A stretch of 31,380 nucleotides of DNA from a virus (IMGVR_UViG_3300017914_001116:1-31380); one strand, 5' to 3'. Shown: positions 9,071-17,844, numbered from the stretch's first letter. Translations and numbers: made by a program. The notes: generated by a model from the letters alone, not told the origin.

Positions 9071-10255
9071 ATGAAAATTGGTTTTATTGGTTTAGGTAAA
9101 TTAGGACTTCCTTGTGCAGAAGTTATTGCTACAAAAGGACATAATGTAACAGGATACGATGTCCGAAAGGTAGAGTCCAAAGACGTTACAGTTTGTCCAA
9201 CTATAAAAGGTTGCGTAGAAGATAGAGATATTGTTTTTGTTGCTGTGCCTACACCACACGATCCAAATTATGACGGTCGCGCTCCAACAGCACATTTAGA
9301 ACCAAAAGATTTTTCCTATGATACAGTTATTGAGGTGTTAACAGAAGCAAACAAGCATATGAATAAAGATCAGTTGCTTGTTTTGATTAGCACAGTATTG
9401 CCGGGTACAACACGCAGAGAGTTTGTGCCTCTTGTAACAAACACACGTTTTGTTTATAATCCATATCTTATTGCAATGGGCAGTGTATCTTCGGATATGA
9501 TTAATCCAGACATTGTAATGATTGGCACTGAAGATGGCACACTAACAGGCGATGCTTTACAATTACGTAAATTTTATGAATCTATTATGGAAAATGATCC
9601 CAGTTATGAAATAGGAACTTGGGACGAATGTGAATGTATAAAAGTATTTTACAATACATTTATTAGTACTAAGATTGGATTAGTAAATATGATCCAGGAC
9701 GTTGCAGAAAAGCAAGGTAATATTAATGTAGATATTGTTACTACTGCATTAGGTAATTGCGATAAAAGAATCACTAGTAACGCATATATGAAAGCAGGAA
9801 TGGGCGATGGCGGTGCGTGTCATCCACGTGATAATATTGCACTACGATATATGGCTAAAAATCTTAATTTGGGATATGACATCTTCGATGCAATAATGAA
9901 CGCTCGAGAAGTACAGGCAAAAAATATTGCAAAAATTTTAGTCGAAGTTGCTAAAGATAAAGACCTACCAATTTTAATTAATGGTGTAGCCTATAAACCC
10001 GGCGTGCCATACCAAGACGGTAGCTATGCATTATTGGTAGCACACTACTGTACAGAAATGCATCATACACCTATGCTTATAGATCCATATATTGATTTGG
10101 GGAATGGTGAAGAATATAGAGCTGTTGCACTGTTAGCACATCCGGAACTTTATGTTAATTTAACTAGTGATAGTGTTGTAGTAGATCCCTGGAGACAGCA
10201 TACAAGTAAAAAATACAAAGTAATGCATTACGGTAATACTAGAGGATATCTCTAG
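9071..10255 (+). CDS. ugd: UDP-glucose/GDP-mannose dehydrogenase family protein
   Basis: Rossmann GFIGLGKLG, VAVPTP, ISTVLPGT, KVFYNTF and the catalytic Cys loop GDGGACHPRD. GGAGG RBS before ATG 9071. Confidence 0.9.
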   Translation: MKIGFIGLGKLGLPCAEVIATKGHNVTGYDVRKVESKDVTVCPTIKGCVEDRDIVFVAVPTPHDPNYDGRAPTAHLEPKDFSYDTVIEVLTEANKHMNKDQLLVLISTVLPGTTRREFVPLVTNTRFVYNPYLIAMGSVSSDMINPDIVMIGTEDGTLTGDALQLRKFYESIMENDPSYEIGTWDECECIKVFYNTFISTKIGLVNMIQDVAEKQGNINVDIVTTALGNCDKRITSNAYMKAGMGDGGACHPRDNIALRYMAKNLNLGYDIFDAIMNAREVQAKNIAKILVEVAKDKDLPILINGVAYKPGVPYQDGSYALLVAHYCTEMHHTPMLIDPYIDLGNGEEYRAVALLAHPELYVNLTSDSVVVDPWRQHTSKKYKVMHYGNTRGYL

Positions 10256-10553
10256 TCCTACCTTCTATATCTTTCCGTAATTGTTCGATATTGATTTTAA
10301 AATCAATTTTCTTGATAGTAGTTTTATTTTCTTTAAGAATTTTCTGTAGACTTGTAGCGATGGATTCTGGAGTCGCTCTGGCCTTTTTGGAAGCAATATC
10401 TATCTCCCATACTCGACCATCGCTAAACTCCAGAATAATTTTGTCCACATAATTGACTGGCATAGTGTTCATATATAAACCTTCGAACACTTCTGGCCAT
10501 TCTTTTACTAAGTCCTTTGGAGGCTTGAAGTACTTCTTAGGCACTTTCAGCAA
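10239..10553 (-). CDS. Hypothetical phage protein
   Basis: 104-aa ORF, last gene of the minus-strand block. It overlaps the ugd 3' end convergently. Confidence 0.7.
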   Translation of the reverse strand: MLKVPKKYFKPPKDLVKEWPEVFEGLYMNTMPVNYVDKIILEFSDGRVWEIDIASKKARATPESIATSLQKILKENKTTIKKIDFKINIEQLRKDIEGRTRDIL

Positions 10554-11184
10554 CTTTTTTCTTAGTTGCTTTCTTAGTTGGTGGATCTAGTTCGTCTGCT
10601 TCTCTACGCATACGAGCTGCTTCTTTATACAATGAATCAGCTTGACTACGTAATGACTTAGCTAGATCTGTATCACTAAGTGCGCCGTCATTTGGTGCTT
10701 GCACAGGTTCGTTACTTGGTAACGATTCAGTTGCAGTTGCTTCTGGTTGAGCCTCTGCTGCCTCAGCAGTTGCTTCAGTTGTTTGCGGTGCACCACTTAC
10801 AAAAGTATATAGCTGGTCAACAGCAACATTCTTCTGCTCTGCAATCAACGTGTTTAATTGATCTAGAGCAATTTCTGTTGTTGGTGTTGGCGTCATAAGC
10901 ACGTTGGAAGTGCTTTCTTTTGATAGCCTATTATCCTGTTGTAATGCTACAAGCATATTTCTACCATCTGGGAAACTTGCTCTAAACAAGTATTCACCTA
11001 ATTCGAAATCTGCTTGTGCTTGTTCTGTTTCGATTGCAGTCATTAATGAATCGTGCATCATATCAGGTAGCTGTGCTGTGTTAACAACTAGCGCAGTATC
11101 AGATTCGCCTGGTAGTGTTCTAAACACCACAGCTACTCTGCTACCTGTATTTTTAATTTTGCCTACGTGCTTAACTTCGGCCAT
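10537..11184 (-). CDS. Hypothetical phage protein (globular N-terminus, Ala/Glu linker, C-terminal coiled coil)
   Basis: AGGAG RBS upstream of ATG 11184 (MAEVKHVGK...). Confidence 0.8.
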   Translation of the reverse strand: MAEVKHVGKIKNTGSRVAVVFRTLPGESDTALVVNTAQLPDMMHDSLMTAIETEQAQADFELGEYLFRASFPDGRNMLVALQQDNRLSKESTSNVLMTPTPTTEIALDQLNTLIAEQKNVAVDQLYTFVSGAPQTTEATAEAAEAQPEATATESLPSNEPVQAPNDGALSDTDLAKSLRSQADSLYKEAARMRREADELDPPTKKATKKKVAESA

Positions 11185-11185
11185 A

Positions 11186-11494
11186 TTATTCTCCTTGAGG
11201 TGCTGCCTGGTTCGCTTGAGCAGCCTGTTGTGTTGCAGCAACGTGATTCAAGAAAGCTTCAAGTTTGTTGTATGCTTTACCTACAGCTTCGAGTTCATTT
11301 GCTCTAAACGCTCCTCTAGATGTTGCTACGTCAAGAATCTGTTTCATTCCGTTCAGATCACTGATTGTAAGATCTGGCGCAGCATTTGCTTGTTCACCGT
11401 TTGCAGTTGGAGCTGCATCAGGCGCATTAGTAACTGATGGTGCTGCTTGTGCAGCTTCAGTTTTAGTTTCAGTCTTTTTTGCTTCTTCTGCCAT
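11186..11494 (-). CDS. Hypothetical phage protein
   Basis: AGGAG RBS. Ala-rich ends flank a helical core (LTISDL...RGAFRANEL). Confidence 0.8.
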   Translation of the reverse strand: MAEEAKKTETKTEAAQAAPSVTNAPDAAPTANGEQANAAPDLTISDLNGMKQILDVATSRGAFRANELEAVGKAYNKLEAFLNHVAATQQAAQANQAAPQGE

Positions 11495-11495
11495 T

Positions 11496-11774
11496 TTAGT
11501 TTCTCCTTAGATATGGACAGGCCAACATAAAATACGTTAGCTCTTTTTGTTCTTCGAATGCAACATATGTTGTATTCTTTAGTTTATCCTCGCCATCAAT
11601 TGACGGGTAAGATACAATAGAAAATCTACCTTCAAGTCTATTAGTAATCCAAGATGCAATTTGACGCATTTCGTACTCATTGCTTCTTCCAGGTACTACC
11701 GTTTTGGAAAAGTGAACTGGAATTGTATCCAATTGACGCTCTTTCAAAACACTTAGTGGTTTCAGTTCCATCAT
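11496..11774 (-). CDS. Hypothetical phage protein
   Basis: 92-aa ORF tiling between neighbours, preceded by TATAAATA. Confidence 0.75.
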   Translation of the reverse strand: MMELKPLSVLKERQLDTIPVHFSKTVVPGRSNEYEMRQIASWITNRLEGRFSIVSYPSIDGEDKLKNTTYVAFEEQKELTYFMLACPYLRRN

Positions 11775-11776
11775 AA

Positions 11777-11784
11777 TATTTATA
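11777..11784 (-). promoter_or_regulatory. T4-type late promoter consensus TATAAATA
   Basis: Exact TATAAATA on the minus strand in the 21-nt intergenic gap. Confidence 0.6.
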
Positions 11785-11795
11785 AAGTGCTACTA

Positions 11796-12194
11796 TTATT
11801 CTTCACTATTCTGGTTTAGGCGTTTGTTCAATGCTTTGCTATATCCGTATTTTTTAACATCGCCCGAAAACAAGTAAAGTTCAAAAGCAGCCTTCTCCTT
11901 TAATACTGTAATTGATCTATTAGTTATATAATAAGGTGATTCGATAAATTTGTCAAGCCATAAAAGCACTTGAGGCGTAATAGAAAAGCCTTTTGGAAAT
12001 TCTACTTTATATGATTTTATTTGTGCATCATTATCAATATATGCCATAGCGTGTTCAGTTAGTCTAAGACCTCCATTGTCTTTAGATCTAACGTTCCACC
12101 ACCATTCTAAGCGTTTTTGTTTTATGATATCTTTATCGAAGGGTTGTTCCGCAGCCTTTAAAAAAAGCGTAGTGTAACGATCTTTATCGTCCAT
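11796..12194 (-). CDS. Hypothetical phage protein
   Basis: GGAGA upstream of ATG 12194 (MDDKDRY...); contains a GGLRLT motif. Confidence 0.75.
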   Translation of the reverse strand: MDDKDRYTTLFLKAAEQPFDKDIIKQKRLEWWWNVRSKDNGGLRLTEHAMAYIDNDAQIKSYKVEFPKGFSITPQVLLWLDKFIESPYYITNRSITVLKEKAAFELYLFSGDVKKYGYSKALNKRLNQNSEE

Positions 12195-12195
12195 C

Positions 12196-12480
12196 TCACT
12201 GTTCTTTTTCTCCGTCTGTAAGTCTGTATACTGCGAATTCATCTGTGTTAAATAATTTGTTTAGTTTCTTTGCTAGGTTTCTAGCGTGTCCAGGATTTGA
12301 AAAACTTACTTTTTTATACTTCGGACCAGGATAGCTAGAGACCATACTGCCACTTTTTAGATTGAATGGCTTACCGTTATAAAAAACTGCCCAGATAGCT
12401 TCACTATCTAAAATTTGTTCTACTTTGTACGTTTCTCTATTTGTATGTTCGAGAAGTACAGTTGGTTTTGGTCTACTCAT
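12196..12480 (-). CDS. Hypothetical jumbo-phage protein
   Basis: MSRPKPTVLL...KYKKVSFSNPGHA; basic protein preceded by GATAAATA and AGGA. Confidence 0.8.
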   Translation of the reverse strand: MSRPKPTVLLEHTNRETYKVEQILDSEAIWAVFYNGKPFNLKSGSMVSSYPGPKYKKVSFSNPGHARNLAKKLNKLFNTDEFAVYRLTDGEKEQ

Positions 12481-12508
12481 ATACGCAATCCTTAATTAAC
12501 TACGTATA

Positions 12509-12516
12509 TATTTATC
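12509..12516 (-). promoter_or_regulatory. Candidate late promoter GATAAATA
   Basis: One mismatch to TATAAATA, intergenic, upstream of the ATG at 12480. Confidence 0.5.
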
Positions 12517-12519
12517 CTT

Positions 12520-12768
12520 TTAGAAGTTCCCTCCGTCGAATTTTACATCTACTTCATTGGCGTTTTTATTAATCTCTTGCAGTGTTTTATTAATCTCTGC
12601 AATAGTTTGACCCATTCTACCTGTAAGCAATGCTAAATCAATTGCTAATAGTCTTGCTTCTTGTATTGTAATTCTTACTTCTTTAGTATTAGACTTTTCT
12701 GCTGTAGCAATTCGTTGCAGTAACCGTTCTATGCTAGGCATATTTGTAGGAAGATCACTTGTTGACAT
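12520..12768 (-). CDS. Hypothetical phage protein
   Basis: 82-aa helical ORF ending VKFDGGNF. Confidence 0.75.
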   Translation of the reverse strand: MSTSDLPTNMPSIERLLQRIATAEKSNTKEVRITIQEARLLAIDLALLTGRMGQTIAEINKTLQEINKNANEVDVKFDGGNF

Positions 12769-13264
12769 TAGATAAAACCTGCTTCATTTCAATGTCAGTT
12801 TTAAAAGGACCTTTATATTCGTAACGCTGTAGTGTAATCAATTTAGGACAAAAACTTTTTACCCAGCCCTTATCAAATTTAATTACATAGTAACCTGCGC
12901 AGTACAAACTCTTACTGTCTTTGCTTTTTGTAAACAACGGCAGTTTTCGTTGTATATCATACATTGCGTTATGAGGTTTTGTACTTGCACTAAAACCGTG
13001 TACTTCACTTGGTAAACTGTCTTCTTTGTCTTTTACAATTTTAGCTACAAAAAAGTCTTTACCAAATTGTGTTGTTACATCAGCTTTATTTCTAAACATC
13101 TTTACTCCGTTTTCATTACTGAAAACGAAATGGTTTTCTTCATTCTTACGAAGTGTTCCTACTTTCTCACCGTTAGCTGATTCAGTTACAATCCAAAAAC
13201 GATTATCGATAATAGGGTTAGCTTTTAATTCTTGCAATAGATCCTCCTCAAACTGTAACAGCAT
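12755..13264 (-). CDS. Hypothetical phage protein
   Basis: GAGGT RBS before ATG 13264; conserved-looking C-terminus (YCAGYY...FCPKLITL.RY.Y.GPFK). Confidence 0.75.
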   Translation of the reverse strand: MLLQFEEDLLQELKANPIIDNRFWIVTESANGEKVGTLRKNEENHFVFSNENGVKMFRNKADVTTQFGKDFFVAKIVKDKEDSLPSEVHGFSASTKPHNAMYDIQRKLPLFTKSKDSKSLYCAGYYVIKFDKGWVKSFCPKLITLQRYEYKGPFKTDIEMKQVLSNVNK

Positions 13265-14243
13265 CTTTATACCTCGCATTCAATGGCTCAGCGTATGCCT
13301 GTGCTTGATCGGAAATCTTCTTAAGATCATAAAGATGACAAAATTTCATTAGTCTAATACCAACCTGTCCTACATCTTTGTTTTCATCTGTAGCGGCTGT
13401 AATAGTTGTGTTAATAATATGACGAATATCGTCAGGTTGTGCTGTTAGATCAATTAGTGTTTTATTACGTTCGTAATCTTCAAGCACACGATGTTCTACA
13501 CCGTTATGGTCAACCCAACGCTGTAACATAAGGTTGTTCCAATTAAAGCCTTTAGTCTGACGATCATCAAATGCTTCTAACAAGCCAACTTTGTTTTTTG
13601 TGCCTTTCTTACGAACACCTGGATATGCAGAAAATACGTTATCGCTTGTGTCACCACGCATACACTTTTCAAACAACATCCATTCAGGATCTACTTCTTT
13701 AAGTTGCTTTGTTTTTTTGTCAATTACACGTTCGCCCTTCTTATCAAAGAAACCTTCGTGTGTAGTTGTTACTTCTTGTACACCATTATACAGTTTACAA
13801 TTAGGAGCAACTAATTGTTGGAAGTCTGTATCAGTAGAAATAATAACGTGCTGATCGTCTGGATGCTTTTGTACCCAACCTGCAATAAGATCATCTGCTT
13901 CTAGTTGCGGGTGTTGCAATACAGTACAGTTTGTCTTGTCGTTAATAAAAGTCTTAAAAGTATCAAATGCTTCCCAAAATACTTTTTCTTCTTCCTGCTG
14001 TTTTTCTGTAAGTGCATCACGTGCTTCTTGACGGTTACGTTTGTAAGGCTCGTAATAATCTTTACGCCACGAACGACCTTCTAAGCAAAATACAACGTGT
14101 GTACCGCCGAAGTCTTGCCAAGCCTTTTTAATACTGTTTAGTGTAATATGAAAAGCCATACCAAGTTTAATATCAGCATCGCCGTTAATTACGTGTCTTG
14201 CGCGAAAGAAAGTATTCGCTGTATCAACAATTATGTGGCACAT
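13248..14243 (-). CDS. rnh: T4 RNase H-like 5'-3' exonuclease / flap endonuclease
   Basis: IVD.N, WRK..Y..YK.NR, EADDLI, ISTDTDF.QL and GDTSDNV motifs of the FEN/5'-nuclease family. Confidence 0.92.
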   Translation of the reverse strand: MCHIIVDTANTFFRARHVINGDADIKLGMAFHITLNSIKKAWQDFGGTHVVFCLEGRSWRKDYYEPYKRNRQEARDALTEKQQEEEKVFWEAFDTFKTFINDKTNCTVLQHPQLEADDLIAGWVQKHPDDQHVIISTDTDFQQLVAPNCKLYNGVQEVTTTHEGFFDKKGERVIDKKTKQLKEVDPEWMLFEKCMRGDTSDNVFSAYPGVRKKGTKNKVGLLEAFDDRQTKGFNWNNLMLQRWVDHNGVEHRVLEDYERNKTLIDLTAQPDDIRHIINTTITAATDENKDVGQVGIRLMKFCHLYDLKKISDQAQAYAEPLNARYKDAVTV

Positions 14244-14244
14244 T

Positions 14245-14601
14245 CTATTCATTATCTCTCTTAACTGCACTAATGTCTAACGACCCAGTGTCTAGTGGAC
14301 CTCCGTAGTCGCCATCTTGGACTACATTTGCACACAGTTCACGGAACCAACGATCAACAACTTCTTCATCGTTATCGCCTTCAACCCCGTATCCTGCATT
14401 TTTTAATTGTACTATAAAATACTCGTTCCAGTCAAGTTCAAAAAAGCCGTTTCGGACATTTTCTTTATTAACGTGAGTTTGAAGGACACCTACCCAAGGT
14501 TCCTTCTTCATAGTAGCTTTTTCTTTTTCGGATATTGTAGGCTTCGCTCCATCAGTAGTTTCTGCCTTTTTATCTCTAATTAGTTTATTCCACCAACCCA
14601 T
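14245..14601 (-). CDS. Hypothetical phage protein
   Basis: 118-aa ORF with EPWV...GFFELDWN..F...L...GY...VVDRWF. Confidence 0.8.
   Translation of the reverse strand: MGWWNKLIRDKKAETTDGAKPTISEKEKATMKKEPWVGVLQTHVNKENVRNGFFELDWNEYFIVQLKNAGYGVEGDNDEEVVDRWFRELCANVVQDGDYGGPLDTGSLDISAVKRDNE
14251..14279 (-). promoter_or_regulatory. Candidate sigma70-type promoter for rnh
   Basis: TAGACA-N17-GATAAT, followed after 7 nt by the ATG. Confidence 0.45.
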
Positions 14602-14602
14602 A

Positions 14603-15511
14603 TCAAGTTCCTATTGCATTACCAAAAAGATAAACGTGTACTCGAGCAGCAACATTATATCCTCTTTCAAATGCTAGTTTAGCTACTTCACCGGCTGTAG
14701 CTGTTTGTTCTTCTTCTCTTGCACCTACAGGCATTACCCATACCGGATAGTCAATACCTTGATTTTTAAACTGTGCAATAACTTCTTCCATTTCATTCCA
14801 TTGTGATTGTTCACTGCCAACTACAAACTTTAATTGCCCGTGCCTCGACAAGTTTCTATACTGTGCTACAACCTCGGGCTTGATAGCTTTACTTCCCTTT
14901 TCACCTGCAACACTCCACAGTTTAGGACTTACACTAAAGAACAATTCGATATTACGTTCGTTCATCCAATATTCAACAAACTCATCTGTTAGTGCTTGCG
15001 TACCGTTAGTTTCAAACGTTACACTAGCAGGCATATTACCAAGACGTTCAAACTCTTGCATAATACCAATAAATGCCTGTTGTGCGTGTTTCATTAATGG
15101 CTCGCCGCCTGTAACACAAAAATGTTGACGTTGACCAGTTACAGGATGTAGAAACAATCCTTCCGGATTGCTTTCTGTTTTAAGCGTATCAATAATTTCG
15201 TGTGCAAGTTCAACAGCAGTCTTATGACCCATAAGATGCTTAAACTTCTTTGACCAAGTATATGAACTATCACAACCTTTATCCCATACAGGCAAATCTT
15301 CAACACGTTCTACTGTGCTAGTATCAAACTGTTCAAACGGAAGTTCATATGTATCAGGATTAGTAGGATCAATTTGTCCAAACCCGTTACACTGTAAGTT
15401 ACATAAGAAAAAACGTATCCAAGCAGTAGGAACACCTGTATAGTGTCCTTCACCTTGAATACTGTGAAAGATTTCGCTGTAATAGTATTTTTTATCAGTT
15501 GCTATCATCAT
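14603..15511 (-). CDS. queE: 7-carboxy-7-deazaguanine synthase (radical SAM), atypical CX3CX38C motif
   Basis: SEIFHSIQGEG, CNLQC...GCDS, VTGGEP, FETNGT, SVSPKL, LKFVV and RVHVYLFG. True start is 15511 or 15508. Confidence 0.9.
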   Translation of the reverse strand: MMIATDKKYYYSEIFHSIQGEGHYTGVPTAWIRFFLCNLQCNGFGQIDPTNPDTYELPFEQFDTSTVERVEDLPVWDKGCDSSYTWSKKFKHLMGHKTAVELAHEIIDTLKTESNPEGLFLHPVTGQRQHFCVTGGEPLMKHAQQAFIGIMQEFERLGNMPASVTFETNGTQALTDEFVEYWMNERNIELFFSVSPKLWSVAGEKGSKAIKPEVVAQYRNLSRHGQLKFVVGSEQSQWNEMEEVIAQFKNQGIDYPVWVMPVGAREEEQTATAGEVAKLAFERGYNVAARVHVYLFGNAIGT

Positions 15512-15704
15512 TGTCTTTATTATACGCTTTCTCTGTATCTTTGTCAACCTTTTTAGACAGCGAAAACGAGCCATTAAAGTTGTCATTCCAAACCAAATCA
15601 TCGCCGATATCCCAGCCCATTTGGTTCAGTAGTTCGGTAGGTAATGGAAGAACCAGATCACCAGTATCTGGATCCTCCTCCACAGTAACAGTGTAGGTAT
15701 TCAT
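15495..15704 (-). CDS. AbrB/MazE/SpoVT-like small DNA-binding protein
   Basis: GDLVLPLP.ELL.QMGW.IGD.L pattern of swapped-hairpin domains. Confidence 0.65.
   Translation of the reverse strand: MNTYTVTVEEDPDTGDLVLPLPTELLNQMGWDIGDDLVWNDNFNGSFSLSKKVDKDTEKAYNKDNDDSN
15519..15547 (-). promoter_or_regulatory. Consensus sigma70 promoter for queE
   Basis: Perfect TTGACA-N17-TATAAT, with the ATG 7 nt downstream of the -10 box. Confidence 0.8.
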
Positions 15705-15928
15705 TAGCTGAAGTACTTTTCTAGAACTTCTAACTGATCGTGATATTTTGCAATCGCTTCTAATTCAACTTCGATTGCTTCCATAATATCTGGATGCTCG
15801 CCTACGCCAGCAGCATTCTTCATATAAACTTCAACATTCATTGCGTGTTTAATGATGTGACCTTCGGCGTGTGCTTTGATAGCAGCAAGTACATTGTCTC
15901 TGCTATATTCACCTTTAGTTAGTGCCAT
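15704..15928 (-). CDS. Hypothetical T4-like phage protein
   Basis: AGGAG RBS; NVEVY..NAAGVGEHPDI motif. Confidence 0.8.
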   Translation of the reverse strand: MALTKGEYSRDNVLAAIKAHAEGHIIKHAMNVEVYMKNAAGVGEHPDIMEAIEVELEAIAKYHDQLEVLEKYFS

Positions 15929-16283
15929 TTGTTTTCTCCTTTTTATAGTTTCCCTTTTCGGGAATTACGTGACGAACACCGCCTCTGGGGTCGTCCATAT
16001 CTCCTCGTCTACGAGGAATTAAGTGTACGTGAGGATAATCTACAGTTTGTCCTGCTGATTCTCCTACGTTCTGTCCAATGTTATATGCATCACAGTATCC
16101 CGAATGAACCCAGTCATACCCCCAAGCATAAGCAGCTTTGTAACATTTAGATAAGTGTTCCCAGTCTGCTAGCTTGGGAACAAAAAGAACGTGTCCATCT
16201 GTCACCGGAAAGCCGTCTTTGAACACTGTGTATTCTCTAGTATCAATGACAACATCCGTCCAAGGAATTTCATTAAATGTCAT
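15915..16283 (-). CDS. HIT family nucleotide hydrolase
   Basis: D.FPVTDGH.L.VPK, NIGQN.GESAGQTV and YPHVHLIPR (first His of the triad replaced by Tyr). Confidence 0.88.
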   Translation of the reverse strand: MTFNEIPWTDVVIDTREYTVFKDGFPVTDGHVLFVPKLADWEHLSKCYKAAYAWGYDWVHSGYCDAYNIGQNVGESAGQTVDYPHVHLIPRRRGDMDDPRGGVRHVIPEKGNYKKEKTNGTN

Positions 16284-16491
16284 AAGTCTTTGGACCTTCT
16301 GATGTAAATTCTAAACCGTGTGCGTTGCCTACATAACGTTTTCCGTTCCAAGTCATTCTTATACGGTTTCCGGCAATGTATGCTTCAAAAAACTTTTCTT
16401 TATTAAAGATGCCTACTTCGCATTCATTTTCTCTATCATTGTTAGTACAATGTAAAATAGCTCTTGCTTCATTTGTATTAAGTGTTGGCAT
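16273..16491 (-). CDS. Hypothetical phage protein
   Basis: 72-aa ORF with a GGAGA RBS, overlapping both neighbours. Confidence 0.7.
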   Translation of the reverse strand: MPTLNTNEARAILHCTNNDRENECEVGIFNKEKFFEAYIAGNRIRMTWNGKRYVGNAHGLEFTSEGPKTYDI

Positions 16492-17053
16492 TGTATTCTC
16501 CTACAATTTCCCACGGATATACTAACCATACATCCTCTTCTGCTTTATTTACTTCGTGACAGGTATAACTTACGTCACCAAAGTTACTTGAAAGGTTTTC
16601 TGTTAGTGTAGCAAATCTTACGTTGTCGCCCCATACTGTGTTCCATACTGGCGAATTAGGTAAACAGGTGCTTTGCCAATCTTCTTTAATCCAATTGAAT
16701 GTAGCCCCTGTGTCGTTGATATCATCGACGATCAAAATGTTTTTTGTATTTTCAGGACTGTTACGGAATAACCCCATTTCAGGTGCCCACTCTCCGTCGC
16801 CTTCGTAACCGTAAGCATCTTCACTCATCCAACAGTTACTTTCGCTGTCACTATCCGTGTCATCACGTAGACTTACTTTTAGTGCTTCGCATCTAATATC
16901 AAGCATATTACTAATAATTGTAGCTGGAACATTGCCGCCTCGAGTGATGCCGACAATGTAATCTGGTTTCCAATTGTCCTTTTGCATTTGTGTTACTATA
17001 TTTACACACATTTTCTCAACATCTTGCCAGCTGTAGTGATGTTTTTTAACCAT
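16478..17053 (-). CDS. Type I phosphoribosyltransferase (xanthine-guanine/hypoxanthine PRTase-like)
   Basis: IVGITRGG, PRPP-binding motif ILIVDDINDTGAT and C-terminal W.VYPWE. Confidence 0.88.
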   Translation of the reverse strand: MVKKHHYSWQDVEKMCVNIVTQMQKDNWKPDYIVGITRGGNVPATIISNMLDIRCEALKVSLRDDTDSDSESNCWMSEDAYGYEGDGEWAPEMGLFRNSPENTKNILIVDDINDTGATFNWIKEDWQSTCLPNSPVWNTVWGDNVRFATLTENLSSNFGDVSYTCHEVNKAEEDVWLVYPWEIVGEYNANT

Positions 17054-17471
17054 TTTTTAGTTTCCTCGACTTTAAATATTTTTCGTGTTGTATCCACTTT
17101 CCGTTTTTTAAAAAACCCCATTCACGTAATTTAGGACCCGGCATAAAAACTGTCCAGGCAGTTACATTCGGTTCAAGTTCAATTCTGTGATATGACTTAG
17201 CACTTGAAAATCTAAAATGTCCTGGACCTCTCCAAAACTTACCTTTGGGAGTGTATTCCCAATATCCGCCACGCACAATCAGTGTGCAGTAAGGCCAAGG
17301 GTGATCGTGCAAATCATCTGGATCGCCTTTATGAAACTTGTGCAAGAAAACATTGAACGGAAACCATTTACGATCTTTTAAAAACAAATAGTAACGTGTT
17401 AGATAAGGTTCGTTATCTATCCTATCGTAAATTACACGTTTACGTCCTAGCTTCTCAAGCAGCTTCAGCAT
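17046..17471 (-). CDS. Cupin-fold metalloprotein
   Basis: LHDHPW...GGYWE and a distal HRIEL give an HxH...E...H metal site. Confidence 0.7.
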   Translation of the reverse strand: MLKLLEKLGRKRVIYDRIDNEPYLTRYYLFLKDRKWFPFNVFLHKFHKGDPDDLHDHPWPYCTLIVRGGYWEYTPKGKFWRGPGHFRFSSAKSYHRIELEPNVTAWTVFMPGPKLREWGFLKNGKWIQHEKYLKSRKLKNG

Positions 17472-17844
17472 TAAATACCTCTTCCTTTAGATAACGCTTT
17501 AGTTCGCCGTCCTCTGGCTTAACGTTATAGTTATTCTTGAAAAATATTTCGTAACTATCACTTCCATATTTTCCAATACCATATAATAGTTTAGCATCAT
17601 TGCCGTCCCAAGTCAAGAAGTCTTTTGACATTTGGCGCAAACGCTTTTCACGTACATTAACCATTCCTAATGGTTCAATTATCTTTTTAATAGTTTCGGG
17701 TAAACTATTTAGGTAATGTACTGGCGTAGGACATAGATGAAAAAGATCAGGAAGAACACGTTTCACTTGCTTACGATTAGTAAGATTCAAGCAAATAACA
17801 CCAACCATATGTTGCCAAGGTCCATCAATTTGCTGCTGGACCAT
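17455..17844 (-). CDS. MBD4-like HhH-GPD DNA glycosylase
   Basis: PWQHMVGVICLN.T, PLGM...R, helix-hairpin-helix LYGIGKYGSDSY.IF and V.PED..L..Y. Start uncertain (17844-17916). Confidence 0.8.
   Translation of the reverse strand: MVQQQIDGPWQHMVGVICLNLTNRKQVKRVLPDLFHLCPTPVHYLNSLPETIKKIIEPLGMVNVREKRLRQMSKDFLTWDGNDAKLLYGIGKYGSDSYEIFFKNNYNVKPEDGELKRYLKEEVFNAEAA

Noticed and set aside
14603-15511. NrdG (anaerobic RNR activase) call
   Set aside because: SIQGEG, ETNGT, SPKL and the terminal R.H motif, together with folE context and no nrdD, favour QueE.
15512-15601. N-terminal extensions given by the track for queE and others (folE, rnh, ugd, 10537, 21978, 27248, 30900)
   Set aside because: They overlap upstream genes; RBS or promoter positions and family motifs support the later starts.
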